This document shows, one piece after another, positions 11,524 through 25,198 of a stretch of DNA of 64,000 bases. The notes beneath the pieces were generated by a model. That model had not been told where the DNA came from, searched no databases, and worked only from the letters and a program-made list of their open reading frames with translations. Source of the stretch: Octopus bimaculoides. Taxonomy: Eukaryota. Both the position numbers and the translations under genes were made by a program. Every line of letters starts with the position of its first letter. The stretch's first letter is position 1. The DNA lies in the NCBI RefSeq assembly GCF_001194135.2, contig NC_068992.1, forward strand, positions 10,945,300-11,009,299. The letters run 5' to 3'.

Positions 11524-11994
11524 CAACCACCACCACCACCACCACCATCATCATCATCATCTACAGCAGCAATCAGTAACAACAGCGATAACAGTAGCCT
11601 TGCATTATTTAGTCCTCTCCTTGCACAGTGTGAGTTCAAATGCAACTAACAGCAGTCCAGTTTAGTCTTCATCTCTTTGAGTATTGAAATATGGTCCCAG
11701 GAATATATTGTACGTGAGCCAATTGCTCACCATGCTTCCCTCCATTCATATCCTTTAACCAGTTCTACCCACGTACACTGCTTTCACCTCATCCCACCAC
11801 CAAAACCACACACACAGACATACACACGTGCACATACATACACACGTGCACACGTGCACCACACAAAAAGAAGTGGCAGGGATTCTTTTGTTCTCAGAAA
11901 TGAATCGATATTGAACAGTTGAACAACTATGACCAGGAGAAAATGATGACAGTGATCAATATTGAGGAAAATATTTCAGAAAAGAGAAATCCAA

Positions 11995-12119
11995 TTTCCA
12001 ATAACAGGAATATTTCTTGAAAATAAAAGAGAAGTGGACAGTCAAGTCTTCAGGAAATTTCCAATAACTGAAATATTTCTTTAAAATAAACAGAAGTGGG
12101 CAGTCAAATCTTCAGGAAA
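11995..12119 (+). repeat. Two-copy ~63-bp tandem duplication
   Basis: tttccaataac..aatatttctt.aaaataaa.agaagtgg.cagtcaa.tcttcaggaaa occurs at 11995-12057 and 12058-12119. Confidence 0.85.
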
Positions 12120-13014
12120 TAAAATACCAGTTTACCAATATTTTTGTTTTCTTTCAATGACACTCTGTGTAACAATGTGTTGTAATTCATTAAATTGTTG
12201 GACAGTGGGTCACAGGGTTGGTAGCAATGGTGGGGAGATATCACAGAAAGCTTTTGTTTTCAGTGAGGAAAAAAAAAGATAATAAATAAGTAAGGGGCTT
12301 ACGAGACTATAATTCATCAGGTTATTATTAACAATGGTTGATCGGTAGATTGGATGACTGGATGTTTAGCCCTCTCCACTCAGAGCTGACCAAGCAGATC
12401 AATGATCAAAAGTATTCCAGGAATGACCATCCCAGCTTTTTAAAGAGTATTTATAATGTAACTACATTATTCAATCTCCCTTTCTTTCTCTCTCTCTCTT
12501 TCTAATTTGTTTTAAATGTAACAGGGCGTGAGTTAAAAGAGATTTGGCTACTATTTCCAGAAAGTGATTAGAATGTTGGGTTTACCATTATGAGGTTGTG
12601 AGTTTAATTCATGAGCAAGCAATGCACTGTGTCCTTGAACAAAGCTAACCATTTCACATTATTCCAGTCACATAAAGAATGTGACAGCTGAAAGGTGAAT
12701 ATTGATGTGTCAGAAGCTCTCATTCTCTCTCTCTCTTTCCCTTTAGATCTCACCTTCTTGATGTACTGCCAGATCAAGGGTAGCTGAGTCTCCTCCCTAC
12801 TATACAAGCACATAATACAATACACATAGTGGAGTAGTGAAGACATTGATATAAGCTGCCAAGTCATACTTGTTTGTGAATGATGTTTAAGCTTTTATCC
12901 ACACATATACACATACATGGCAGTTGCAAATTGATTTTGAGTAATGCCATTGCTCGATTATTCTCTTAAACATGAGCAGCATAGACGTGGCTTTCCAGTC
13001 CTCCACAGGACCAT

Positions 13015-13225
13015 TACGAGGTGGTATCAAAAAGTTTCTGGACTAGTTCTGTAGTGCACCAACAGATGGCAGCACGCAGTTGTGTGCACAGTGAGAGATA
13101 CCAGTGGCCTTCATGAAGCAGTGTACCAAGTGACATCGCTGTGTTTACTATGCAAGTTGTGAAATTTGTGCTTTTGTGATCACATGTATGCTGCATTCAG
13201 TTTACATATTTACATTTATACCAAT
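13015..13225 (+). mobile_element. Mariner-type 5' terminus fragment
   Basis: TA-CGAGGTGGTATCAAAAAGTTT TIR-like start followed by cagatggcagcac, as commonly seen in mariner 5' ends. Confidence 0.6.
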
Positions 13226-13589
13226 AATAACTGGAACACTTAGTCTGGTAATGCTTGGATTTTCAGAAAAAGAAACAAACCAACTGATTTGCACATTACA
13301 GATACACTCTATAAGCGGAACAACAAAACTATGCAAGACATTTCGCAGGTTTAAAATGCGACATTGTTTTCTTTATTTATATTTCAATGATGAAGCTTTG
13401 TAGCTTTGCTAGAAACCAGCTTCATCTTCAGAGGAGAAGTTTAAATGATTAAAAACAGAATAGAAGCATACATACATTTTTATAATGTATCATTAATTAA
13501 TGGATTACAAAAATAACTGGAGTAACACAATCCCCTTCATTATCTTACAGCTCTTTCTTCCCTTACAATGAACTTCCACTTTCTAAACC

Positions 13590-14149
13590 AATGTCCATCA
13601 CAAGCTGAATAGATATACAACCTAAAACTATGATAACATTGTTATGAAAGAAGCTGATAAGGAATTGCTGTAGTTATTATGAATATGGAACAATACAAAA
13701 GACACTGCATTATTAATACTGCTTCATGACACCACTCACTATAAAATAATAAACAACTACCATCAAACGAAAACAATGTCTAAACTTAACATTCTCATAA
13801 ACCAACACAGAAAAGGCTTAACTAATAAAGAAATTGATTATCTAACAAAATTTATAGCTCAATCAGTTTCTTCTACAGACAAACAATTAATGATGCCTGC
13901 AAACAATCACACTTATGCAAAAACATAACCTTTCTGAAAAATCTCAAATCAAGGCCAATTGAGACAGGCCCAGTTCCTGAAACTCATAGATCTAGTAATT
14001 TCCTTGTCAAACAGTTAAAATCCATTTTTTAACAATTTATACCAATTTTCATAAGGGACATCCTAGATCTATTAAGTTATCTTCCACAAAAAGTTAACAA
14101 GGATAACATAATCATTTCATTTGATGCAGTAAATCTTTATACAGTCATC
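13590..14149 (+). mobile_element. Penelope-like element (PLE) reverse transcriptase N-terminal fragment, frameshifted
   Basis: DNIVMKEADK/AVVIMNMEQYK ... SRPIETGPVPETHRSSNFLVKQLKS ... IIISFDAVNLYTVI correspond to the PLE IKxADKGxAVVIM, RPIV and SFDVxxLYT motifs. Confidence 0.85.
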
Positions 14150-14282
14150 TTTTTCTTTTATGCAAACTGTCAAATTTAACGTAAATACCCTGTTCACACA
14201 CACACACACACACATGCATACATATTTGTACATGCACACATGCATGTATATATATACATGCATGTATGTGTGTGAGACTCTG

Positions 14283-14582
14283 TGTGCTTGTGTTTACTTG
14301 TCTTGACATCCAGTGATTGTTCGAAATGAACATCATTTATTTCCATTATTCTGTGGAAGCATGTCTGGCCATAGAGAACTGTTTACCTTCCTTGGAAAGA
14401 GGTTAAGGTTGCCAACAGGAAAGTTATCTGGCTGTAGAACAATCTGCCTCAGTAAATCCCATAACTCCATCCGATTCATGCACGCTTGGAAAGTAGACGT
14501 TAAAACAATGACAACAATGATGATGACAATGATGATGACTTCAACAACAACGATGACGACGACGATGATGATGGTGATGATG
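14283..14582 (+). mobile_element. SINE family C body with (GAT)n tail
   Basis: ttaccttccttggaaagagg..caggaaagttatctggctgtagaacaatctgcctc...gacgttaaaac; matches 53958-54199. Confidence 0.7.
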
Positions 14583-14629
14583 ATATGTTTATTACATTAC
14601 ATTGCAGGGTCACATTCCAAGAAACTCAC

Positions 14630-14666
14630 CTGTACACTGTGACCAGTTGCACATCTGTAGGAACTT
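14630..14666 (-). other. Candidate 37-nt exon
   Basis: tttttgtttattttacag| acceptor and CAG|gtgagt donor, both near consensus; all three frames open. Confidence 0.35.
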
Positions 14667-16945
14667 CTGTAAAATAAACAAAAACGAAAAAAAATCTGTA
14701 AATTAAATCTTAGAGAAGATAAAATTAAAAATCAGGTTATATCAGTAAAAAATATAATTGATATTCAGATTTAATTTCAAAGAATTTATAAAAGGGGTGA
14801 TAGAAAAAAAATGACAAAAGTGAGACAGAAAATCTATAAAGAAAATTTTAAAATAATTTCTTTCGATTAAAGGTTATAATCTTGTCTGGTTATGTTCAAT
14901 AAGTTTGACTTTAACTCAAACGTTGAGTTCTAACAAAAATAATTAATAAAAATCAGAAACTATAATCATTAAAAACAAGCACAATGATGAAAGTTTTCTA
15001 TAATTAATAAAATATTTCATAATTATTTTTTTTTTATATTAGCAAAATAAAATTTTATTAGAGAAAGAAATAAAAATTTGGAAATATAAGTAAATTTGAA
15101 ATTTGAAAACAAAAAAAAAAATATTACAAAATCTTCAATTATAATATTTTTAATTGTAATTTAAAGAAAGATTTTGTTTCAATAATAATTCTGGTCCTTA
15201 GCTTTCTTTTTTAATTCTTAATAGGTTTTGGTTTTATTGCTCCAAGTTACATCTTGTGGATGCACTGAGATGCATCATCAGTGATGCTTTTGGGGTTCCA
15301 GGGGATTTTAGGTCTTTCAGCAACAGACCTTATTACCTAGTTGACCTAACTAGAGTTGGTCAAGTTCCAGCTTGTATCCCGATAGCAACAAAACCATCAT
15401 TCTGCCCTCTTTATCTAGCTGGGATTTTATTTAAGTAATAAATTCAGTCCTTAGTTTTTTACTTAAATTTTGAGTAATTTTCAGTTTATATTTCCAAGAT
15501 ACATACATCTTTCATACTACTCGTGTTCTTCTACAATATAATATCATACTTGTTACATTTGCTATAAAGAGAGAGAAGAAAGGAAGAGAGAGAGAGAAAG
15601 AGAGGGAAGAAAAGATTATTATTTCCTGTCAAGCCGTTGCTATTATCCTATCACTAGGTTCAAATCCAGCACCAAAATAGTCACATTCATTATCCATATT
15701 TTCAATAAATGTTGGTGCCTGCCACAAATAGAATTTCTGACCGTTATATAATGAGAGATTCTAATTAACTTGATTGTCACAGACTATTGTATATTGGAAC
15801 AAAAACACAGAAAGTGTTGAAGAAACTTTTATACTAGCGATTGCTTTTATTTTACGGCCTAATGTTTTCTGAATCAGAAAAACAATGAAGCCAATTAGCT
15901 CTAACCTCTTCAGTGCTAAGCAGACATAAAATAAATCTCCTTAGACCAAGGTATGAACACTACAAGCCAAAAAGTCGCTTATCTGCCATTTCTTGTCATT
16001 GACTCATCATCACAGATTCACATCCACTTTTCCATGCTGGCATGGATTGGACAGTTCATTTTCTGATACAGTCTTTTATTCCCAGATGCTCTTCTGTCTC
16101 CAACTCTTTTAGTAATTTCATTTTGACACAGAGAGATGCAGTATATATGTTCTAAAATCTAGAGACATATGGTAAATTTTTTTGTCATTACGGAAATTTT
16201 TTTTTATCATTTTGTCAAGACTGAGAATGTGTTTGCTTGAGATGCTAGAAATAACATCTAAATTTCCTTCAAAATGCAGCCTAACATTATAAACATAGAA
16301 TGTACGTCTTAGCCCATGTACTCATATGATTTTAACCTTGTTATATATGAAGGCAAAGAGTGTGGGGTATGTGTTTATAAAAATTACTTCCATTCTGTTT
16401 CAACTGTGGGTATTTTATAATATTGTTGTAATCCTTAATGTCTGGTATAACAGTAGAGTTAGTAAGACAAGTAAGACCACAACTATCTATAACCGTCTAC
16501 TTCATACTCTTTCCTATACTGACCAACGTTACCATATTTATAGTAACTAGCACATACCACTCATCACATGTGTGGGGTGTACCATTTTTACTATTTCCCC
16601 ACAACAAATATATTATTTTAAGCCTTTGGTCATTTGCAAAGTTAGGGAATTATAAACACACATTTTATATATATATATATATCAAGTGATTAACCAGACT
16701 ATTGGTTTTGTTATACATCACTTGTCACAATGCACTTTGCGTCATTTTAACTTTTGAATGATACCACTCCTCCAGCTAGGCCAGCAGGCCAACATACCTC
16801 ATGTTCAGCTGAGTGGGATGGACAAACATGAAATGAAGTACTTTGCTTTGATTACATAATGTGTAACCAGTCTAAGAATTGAAACCACAATCTTACAATG
16901 ATGAGTGCAACACACCAAACCACTTGGTCATATACCTTCATATAT

Positions 16946-16991
<46 letters not shown>

Positions 16992-17499
16992 GCATGAAAT
17001 ATACATGTATATATGTACATGTGTCTGTGTGTCCTTATAAACAAGCAATAAAAAATCTAAAAATTTTGATGTTTTCAAACGTTGCTAAATTTTGCTAAAT
17101 TTAATCTCATATCAGGCATGTCTCTACACAAAATATTTTAGTTCTTTTCTTACAGCAAGCTAACATTTTTGTCCATTCTTTTTAAAATGCATAATCTTCC
17201 ACCCTCTCCGCTCTTCCGTTCTTTCTCGCTTTCTTGAACCTGGCTTTACTCCTCTGGCTTTATCTGTATGTTTTCATATTAGCACTATCTGTCTATCTGT
17301 TATTCCATCAATGTCTACCTTTTCCCTCTTCTTATTAACTAAGCTCACAAAACACTGCCACCTTCACATGTTCCCGCCATCAACTCTAAACATCAATGAA
17401 ATTCTCCTCTAAACACTCTTGATTATGTTCATTATTCACACTAAAATTGCTATTAGTGAAGAACTTGAAATTATTTCTTGCTTTCTATCAATTTCTTCT

Positions 17500-17585
17500 T
17501 CTTTATTGTTGTTGTTGTTGTTACTATTATTATTATTATTATCATAAAAAAAATTTTTGGTTGAATTCAATATTTATGAAAGTGC

Positions 17586-17620
<35 letters not shown>

Positions 17621-17810
17621 GTAATAATAGTAATAATGGAAGTAACAAAAATATTAAGATAATACCTTTGGTAATAACAGAAATCATAGTGTTACAAATA
17701 TAACAAAAATAGCTACAATAAATAATAATAACAACAATGCAATAATAATGATAATAATAATAAGAGTAACAACAAGAATAATGGTAGTACCACAAGCAAT
17801 AACAATGAGT
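17500..17810. repeat. (TTG/TTA)n and (AAT/AAC)n microsatellite cluster
   Basis: Directly visible. Confidence 0.9.
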
Positions 17811-18275
17811 TCTTTTATTAGCCACAAGGGTCCAAGATATTGTGGACAATAATGGGAAAGCTATATATGAAAGAAAAAAAAATAACAAAAGTGAAACAGT
17901 AGGGGATTAAGAATGATTAAATGGACGCAAACAAGAACAATAAAGACACTTTCATAACTAAATAATGATAAATAACAATAACAAGCATAAAACTATAAGA
18001 ACAAGAAAGAACATGAAAATAAAATGTGAGACACACATGTGGAGTAATACCAAGTGTGCCAAACTATAGCTACAATGAAAGAGTGAGGCCAATTTGGCTG
18101 TGCCAATTTCACCATTGTTATCCACCATTTGTAAAATTTACTGCAGGGCAGCATCTCCCTTTTTACCATCACCTTCTTCTTTAAGTACCACTTGAAGAAT
18201 GATAATTGTTTTCTAAACATTAGACATAGTCTGCCTGTGGGTGTTGATCTTTATATACATTAAAGTATGGATATA

Positions 18276-18364
18276 NNNNNNNNNNNNNNNNNNNNNNNNN
18301 NNNNNNNNNNNNNNNNNNNNNNNNNNNNNNNNNNNNNNNNNNNNNNNNNNNNNNNNNNNNNNNN
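18276..18364. other. Assembly gap (N). Other gaps: 19194-19479, 33796-33805, 36255-36264, 37277-37856, 39149-39300, 41748-42320, 48062-48853, 50167-50619
   Basis: Runs of N, mostly flanked by (TA)n or (CA)n. Confidence 1.
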
Positions 18365-19530
18365 TATATATATATATATTATTCATTTGAAGAGCTGGTA
18401 GTAGGATTATACAGTGAATAATAGGATGGCAAAAAATAGAAGAAAAGATATCAAGTGAAAAGGAAAAAAAAAATGCAAGAAATAAAGAAATTGATTTAGA
18501 AAGAAAATAAACATGCCTTACAGAACTGTTTAATTGGAGTAATAGAAATTATAAAGATAGGAGAGGGAAATAGTATTTGTGTTGTTGCTATTACTATTGT
18601 GGATTATTATTATTATCATTTATCATTATTGTTGTTGTTGTTTTCTTTTTTAACTTAAGTTTTGGAAGAATCTTGAATGGCTTTTAGATATGTAGCAGAA
18701 GACAGAGAAAAAAGCAAAGGAGAAGAAGGAGGAAGAGGAGGAGAAGAAGAAGAAGAAGGGTATCTATTTGTCAATAACATGTGTCAGAATTTTTGTGAGG
18801 CTTAAATTTCTCTATGTGGTATTGATTTTATTTATATTTTTATATTTTGTTTACATCATCTTATTCCTCCTCTCTTCCAATGCTCTTAGACATTACATAG
18901 AATATGGTGTCTCTCTGGCCTCAAGTGTCGTACACAGATTTCAATTTCTGCAAGAGATGAAAGCTCTTCAAATATTAAAAGAAAAAAAAATCTGTGTTGA
19001 TTTAAAGATTTAATTGGGGAAGGGGACACACATGTACATATGTGTATGGGTATTATCTATATATAAATATGTATATATATATATATATATATAGCACATG
19101 TTATCATTGAATAAGAGCATAGAAAGCATGCACTATCTCTGTATATATAAGCACAAACACAAATACACACGTTAAAATACATATATATATATANNNNNNN
19201 NNNNNNNNNNNNNNNNNNNNNNNNNNNNNNNNNNNNNNNNNNNNNNNNNNNNNNNNNNNNNNNNNNNNNNNNNNNNNNNNNNNNNNNNNNNNNNNNNNNN
19301 NNNNNNNNNNNNNNNNNNNNNNNNNNNNNNNNNNNNNNNNNNNNNNNNNNNNNNNNNNNNNNNNNNNNNNNNNNNNNNNNNNNNNNNNNNNNNNNNNNNN
19401 NNNNNNNNNNNNNNNNNNNNNNNNNNNNNNNNNNNNNNNNNNNNNNNNNNNNNNNNNNNNNNNNNNNNNNNNNNNNNNNATATATATATATATACATACA
19501 TACATATACATGTATGTATGCGTATACAAG

Positions 19531-19566
<36 letters not shown>

Positions 19567-19569
<3 letters not shown>

Positions 19570-19971
19570 TAGGTGATCAAAAGTATCTGGACAACTCGGG
19601 ATGTGTGTTTATCATAGAGAGTGAAACAGTAGATCACAGAGGGTGCCACAGTACTACCATTTACCAAGCAGAACACATAGTCAATGATCTCTGTAGCTAG
19701 TAGATGGCCCTGGGAAGCTGAATAGGACACACTGTAGAACGTGGTCAGCTGGTCAAGTGCCACTTGTCTAATAATCTTGTGCTCAAGATTTCCACTCTCC
19801 TGAACATCCCTAAGTCCACTGTTTCTCATGAAATAGTGAAGTGGAAACATGAAGAGATGTGTACAACCCCAAAGCGTTCAGGCTAATCTCCCATGTTAAC
19901 CTCTAGAGACTGTTGAGTGTTGAAGAAGGTCGTACAATGTAATCATTTATCACTCCTCATCACACAAGGAC
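19567..19971 (+). mobile_element. Tc1 transposon 5' end with paired-like DNA-binding domain remnant
   Basis: CACTAGGTGATCAAAAGTATCTGGACA TIR-like start; ERGQLVKCHLSNNLVLKISTLLNIPKSTVSHEIVKWKHEEMCTTPKRSG*SPMLTSRDC*VLKKVV (GRP-type motif). Confidence 0.85.
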
Positions 19972-20850
19972 ACTTCATTTGGAGCATTCAATCTTCAGTG
20001 GAGTACCTGATCCCCTTTGCAGTTTTGGCCGCTTACTCTCAAGATTGCTCTTATCCGGCCGGCCCCAAGAAAATCTAAGCTAAGAGCACTAGATTCTTTG
20101 GAAGAAAACAAGCAAATGTATATGAAAACAAGGATGAAAAATCAGAGAAATGGTGCACAGTTACAAATATAAACAACAGGTGTCTTTCGACTAAGGACTG
20201 GGATAGAATACTAACCCATCTTTGGTAACATTCCCCAATGAACTGGTAAATCATTTTCTGACAGCCTTGTATACTGGGACAATTTAGTAAAATTCTACTG
20301 ATGATGATGATGACTTATATATCCATGTGTGTGTGTGTGTGTGTAGCATTAGCATCGGATGGAGTATTCTTCATCTGTTTTCTCTTTCCTCATGCTAGTA
20401 TATGTTGGATGGTTCTCTTGCAGTAGTGTTTTATGGTCAGAATGCTTTTCTTCTTACCAAGTTTTTTAGTTGCCTCTCACAACATACAGGAATACTACAT
20501 ACTCATAAAAACACTGGGATTCACGTGCATGCACATGCACATGCATGCACATGTGCATACAATATCACTTAGTTATATATAACATGGAAATATATTTTTG
20601 TAGAGACAACTGTAAAATAATCTTTGTGTGCTATCTTTAGCAGAGCACTCAAAGAAACAGGAAATATTCTTGTATCTGAGTATATGCCAATGATATGTAA
20701 CTGAAAGTCTGTAACATAAAAGGATATTCTGTTATTACAATCAGTGTAATACACACATACAGACGAACACACACACACATACACACACATATGTGTGTGG
20801 TTGTAGGGATATATGCATGTGTGTATGTATGTATATATCTCTCTCTCTCC

Positions 20851-20899
20851 CATCTATCTGTCTATCTATTTATCTATCCATCCATCCGTCTATCTATCC

Positions 20900-20950
<51 letters not shown>

Positions 20951-21008
20951 CGTCCGTCTGTCTGTCTGTCTATCTATCTATCTGTCTATCTGTCTATCTA
21001 TCTATCTG

Positions 21009-21040
<32 letters not shown>

Positions 21041-21054
21041 ACTCTGTGTGTGTG

Positions 21055-21117
<63 letters not shown>

Positions 21118-21145
21118 AAGAGAGAGAGAGAGAGAGAGAGGTGAG
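20851..21145. repeat. (ATCT/GTCT)n, (TA)n and (GA)n compound microsatellite
   Basis: Directly visible. Confidence 0.95.
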
Positions 21146-22524
21146 CTAGAGAAGAGAGAGGGAAAGACTGAGAGACAAACAAACAGAGAGAAAACGCTTA
21201 TATAAAATTAATATTTTAAAGCAAGTGTAAGGATAGCCACAGAATATTTGTTGACAGTGTCACTCTATGCTGAGAAGAGTAGAGTCAAACTTATTGTAAG
21301 GATCGAATCGACTCAGAGATCTGCAAAGTATTTTGTCCTAAGCTCTGCCAACTCCACCAATTCATTATCTAAATTCATAAAGAATTCTAAGAGGGACGTG
21401 GAAATGAAATCAAATATGCTAGGAATCATACAAATGGTGGTGCACCAGTATGGCTGCAGCTTCTGTCTGGAACAAAAGAATGGACATGTAATGATAAATG
21501 TTATGACATTGAAAGAAGATGATTTATTTTTACTAATTGTCTTTGATAGAACACTTAATAAGGCTGTCTGATTGATAATAAACAATGATGTTTCTACTGA
21601 GATGTGATCCAAAATTTACGTATTAATTTAGTCAACAACTGTTTTTTTCCAAATACATTCCATTTTATGGTTTATTTACAGAGAGAAAGAAACACCTTCT
21701 CCAGTAAGAACTGTAAGACATATGAAGACATGTAGCCACGTGATTTGAATGCTGGACACATGTTGGAAAGGTTGTTACCATGACCTTACAAGTATGTGTT
21801 CAAGATTCCCAGATCAAATGACAGCACATTGTGTTCTGGAACAAAACACTTTGTCTCATGCTGCTTGAATCCACTCAGCTAAAAGTCAGTGTTCACAACA
21901 ACAAGAGATTAATTCTTGCAGTGGATTGGCATCCCTTTCTGGTGGCAATGTTACACTCTCCATAACTTACATGGGACAAATTCCAGCTGAATGGAAACTG
22001 AAATAAGTCCAAGCCCAATAAGGTAGTAAGCTTGTCACAAACTTAAGGCCTAAAACTGGGACTGTTTGGAAAAAAAAGGAGGAATAAAATACAAACTTAT
22101 AGATCACCACAGTAGGGATTATTTCATCAAGAAATCATGTTATCTTCAGATCGAAGACTTGGTCTGAATACCTACAAACAAAGCCGACCCTGTTAAAGGT
22201 ATTCATTTGCCTGGTGATGATTAATTGTTTCAATCACCATCACTTCTGCACAAACTCATTCAGGCTTCTGATGTAGCACTTTTATTCATTAAGAAAATAC
22301 CCCCCCAAAACATCAATTTATTGATTGATTTGTCACCCTTTTCTCTATCAAGAGTCCCAATATAAAGCCTAATGAACATCATGCCATTATTGTATGGGAT
22401 TATCACCAATGGTTACAATGTAACATTTACCAAAGTCTTTTCTCAATCTCATTAATACTGACATTATATAAACATCCATTGTTCTTTTTCTGTTGGTGAT
22501 ACCTTTGAATAAGTAAAATCTCAC

Positions 22525-22650
22525 CAATGGACTTTACTTTTTCACTTCCCCTTCTTTTCCAAGTTCAACTTGAAGAAGTTGATGAGGAATTGGTCAAAGA
22601 GGAAAGTTTGTTCAATTTTATTCTCTGCTCTTTCTCTTTCTCCGTAAACT
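22525..22650 (-). other. Candidate 126-nt symmetric exon with one in-frame TGA
   Basis: ttttccctgtttag| acceptor and TTG|gtgaga donor; EFTEKEKEQRIKLNKLSSLTNSSSTSSS*TWKRRGSEKVKSI. Confidence 0.2.
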
Positions 22651-23314
22651 CTAAACAGGGAAAACTGCCTGTTCTTCCTGATCAGTAGATAGCAACAGGG
22701 TGGTCTTCATGGAGTAAGAGTTGTATGCTAGCAGTTTTTGGAACTGAACTTCTCTCCATATCTTATGATCCTAAAACTTTGTCAAGCTTTCACTATTTAT
22801 ACATCAAAACGCATTAGGAGTTTTAAAGGGGTTAGCGCTGTGTTTGCAAAGCATATTTTATTGCCAAACATCATTGCTATGTTAAATGTAGCTGAAAACC
22901 ATGAACGAACATACTTCATATAGATTCTTTAGTTAGATTTTAAAATCTCTCAAAGGAACAGAAATGTCTACCAATGCTTGGTTCTTTTAAAACTATTGGT
23001 GTCTAGATATTCTTTAACTTTTCTCTGCCTGTCAAACTCAGGCATTTAACTAGCAATTCATAATACACTTCGTTGATGTCTCCAATGAAACATGATCATA
23101 AAAACTCGGGCATTTTACCAATGAAATAACTTCAATGCTTAGTTTTCTCCCCAATATCTTACAAGAAGATCTGAGCTGAAATAATAATGATAGAAAAGCT
23201 AATTGCTTTTCCAACCCCTGTCAAACTTATAGCTACATTTCTTCAAAGTAGTCCCAAATGTGTGTTTTTTTCTTCATAGATAATTTCTTATAGAAAGTTA
23301 GAAGAAATTTCTTG

Positions 23315-23392
<78 letters not shown>

Positions 23393-23437
23393 CACATACA
23401 TATATTTATATATATATATATATGTAGATATATACAT

Positions 23438-23475
<38 letters not shown>

Positions 23476-23484
23476 GTACATACT

Positions 23485-23516
<32 letters not shown>

Positions 23517-24059
23517 CATGCATATATACACATATATATATTTACATCTGCACACACAGACACACACGTACACACACATCTGCATACACATATCGGCAAT
23601 ATCATTATAACATTCTGTAATAAGGAAAGTGTTGAGAAAATTGGAAATATTCAGAAGGGGCTAATAGAAAATATTTTTCATAGTCACATGAAATTTCTGC
23701 TAAGGTAGGTAAAGTATTAGCCAATTAGATTTAGCAAGTTAAAAAAAAGATATACAAATTACTTTAATGATGATGTTGATGATAATCACAAAAACAACAG
23801 CAAAAACAAGCATAAGAATAATGGTAATGTTGATGATAATGATGATGATGACGGTGGGGTTCTGACGTTGTTGTTGCTGGTGATGATAGTGGTTGTGGTC
23901 ATGAGGATGATAATGACGATAGAAATGATATTGATGATGCTGAAAACTAGCTATTAGCCAAATTGTTGGAACCATTAAAAAATTTGGAAAGAAACTGTTA
24001 CAATTACCTATTTTATTTCACTGGTTTCTATTTTCTCTCTTTCTCTCTTGCTGTCTTCT

Positions 24060-24096
<37 letters not shown>

Positions 24097-25135
24097 GTTT
24101 CTGGTACTTTCTCTTCCTTTCCCTCCCTCAGTTTCTCCAGAAAACTGTGGCATCACCAAATAGATTAAAATGTAGCCAAATTGCAGTAATTTGATATTAA
24201 TTATGTAACTTGTGTACGAAAATAGTCTCTCCTATAACTTTTATTACATTTATTTTGAAATATCAGTGTTATTGATGAAAATGTTTATTACAATTTTGAA
24301 ATGTTTTCAGGAATTTTTTGTTTTGTTTATATAAATATCTGAGACGAGTCATTGGACTCTTCCGAGAAACTGGAATGCAACCTGTTACTTGTATAATTTA
24401 AAAGTGCCAGCTCAAAACTGTTGGGCCATGTTGCTTGATTTATCAGGTCAAACCCTGCTTTCTGCATCTTCATTACTGAAGATCCAGCTGGGTAATGGCT
24501 CGTGACTGGTCAACCATATTCCAAAGAGTCACAGCAGATGAGGAGGTATCTTGCAAAGATGAGGGTCTGATCATGGTTGCTTGGGAGGACCCGGAAATAT
24601 ATAGATGGATGATCAATATAGGAATACGCTGCAATGGGATATGCCCCCACACCTGAACCTGGATCTTTTAAAAAATATCTCATTATGACATTAAAGTGTT
24701 AGATTAGTCAAAACAGGGATACATGTTCAAATCCTACCTTTTAATTTATTATTCTGATTAAAGTACATGATTCTAGTGTCATCATTATATGCATAAATGA
24801 CTTGATTGATGAAATAAATTTCATTTCTTCTTCATTCTTGAGGGAGTTACAAGTAAGAATGGCATCGTCCAAATAAAAAATGTGATGCTAAAAACAGTGG
24901 AAAATTCAAAATCATGCGAATATTTTTTAAAATGGATGCCAAACATTAGAACTATGAGCCCATTCAATACCAAATTGAATGAGGTCGACTATGGCTTTAT
25001 AATACATAACATTCTATTTGAAAGGGCTCACATTACATAAATTCTTTCTGGCATGATAGAGTGTTATAGTCTGCAGAATTTGACCCCGACAGAATGGACA
25101 TGTAATTTTACTACCTCTATCTCCATCTCTCTCTC

Positions 25136-25198
<63 letters not shown>

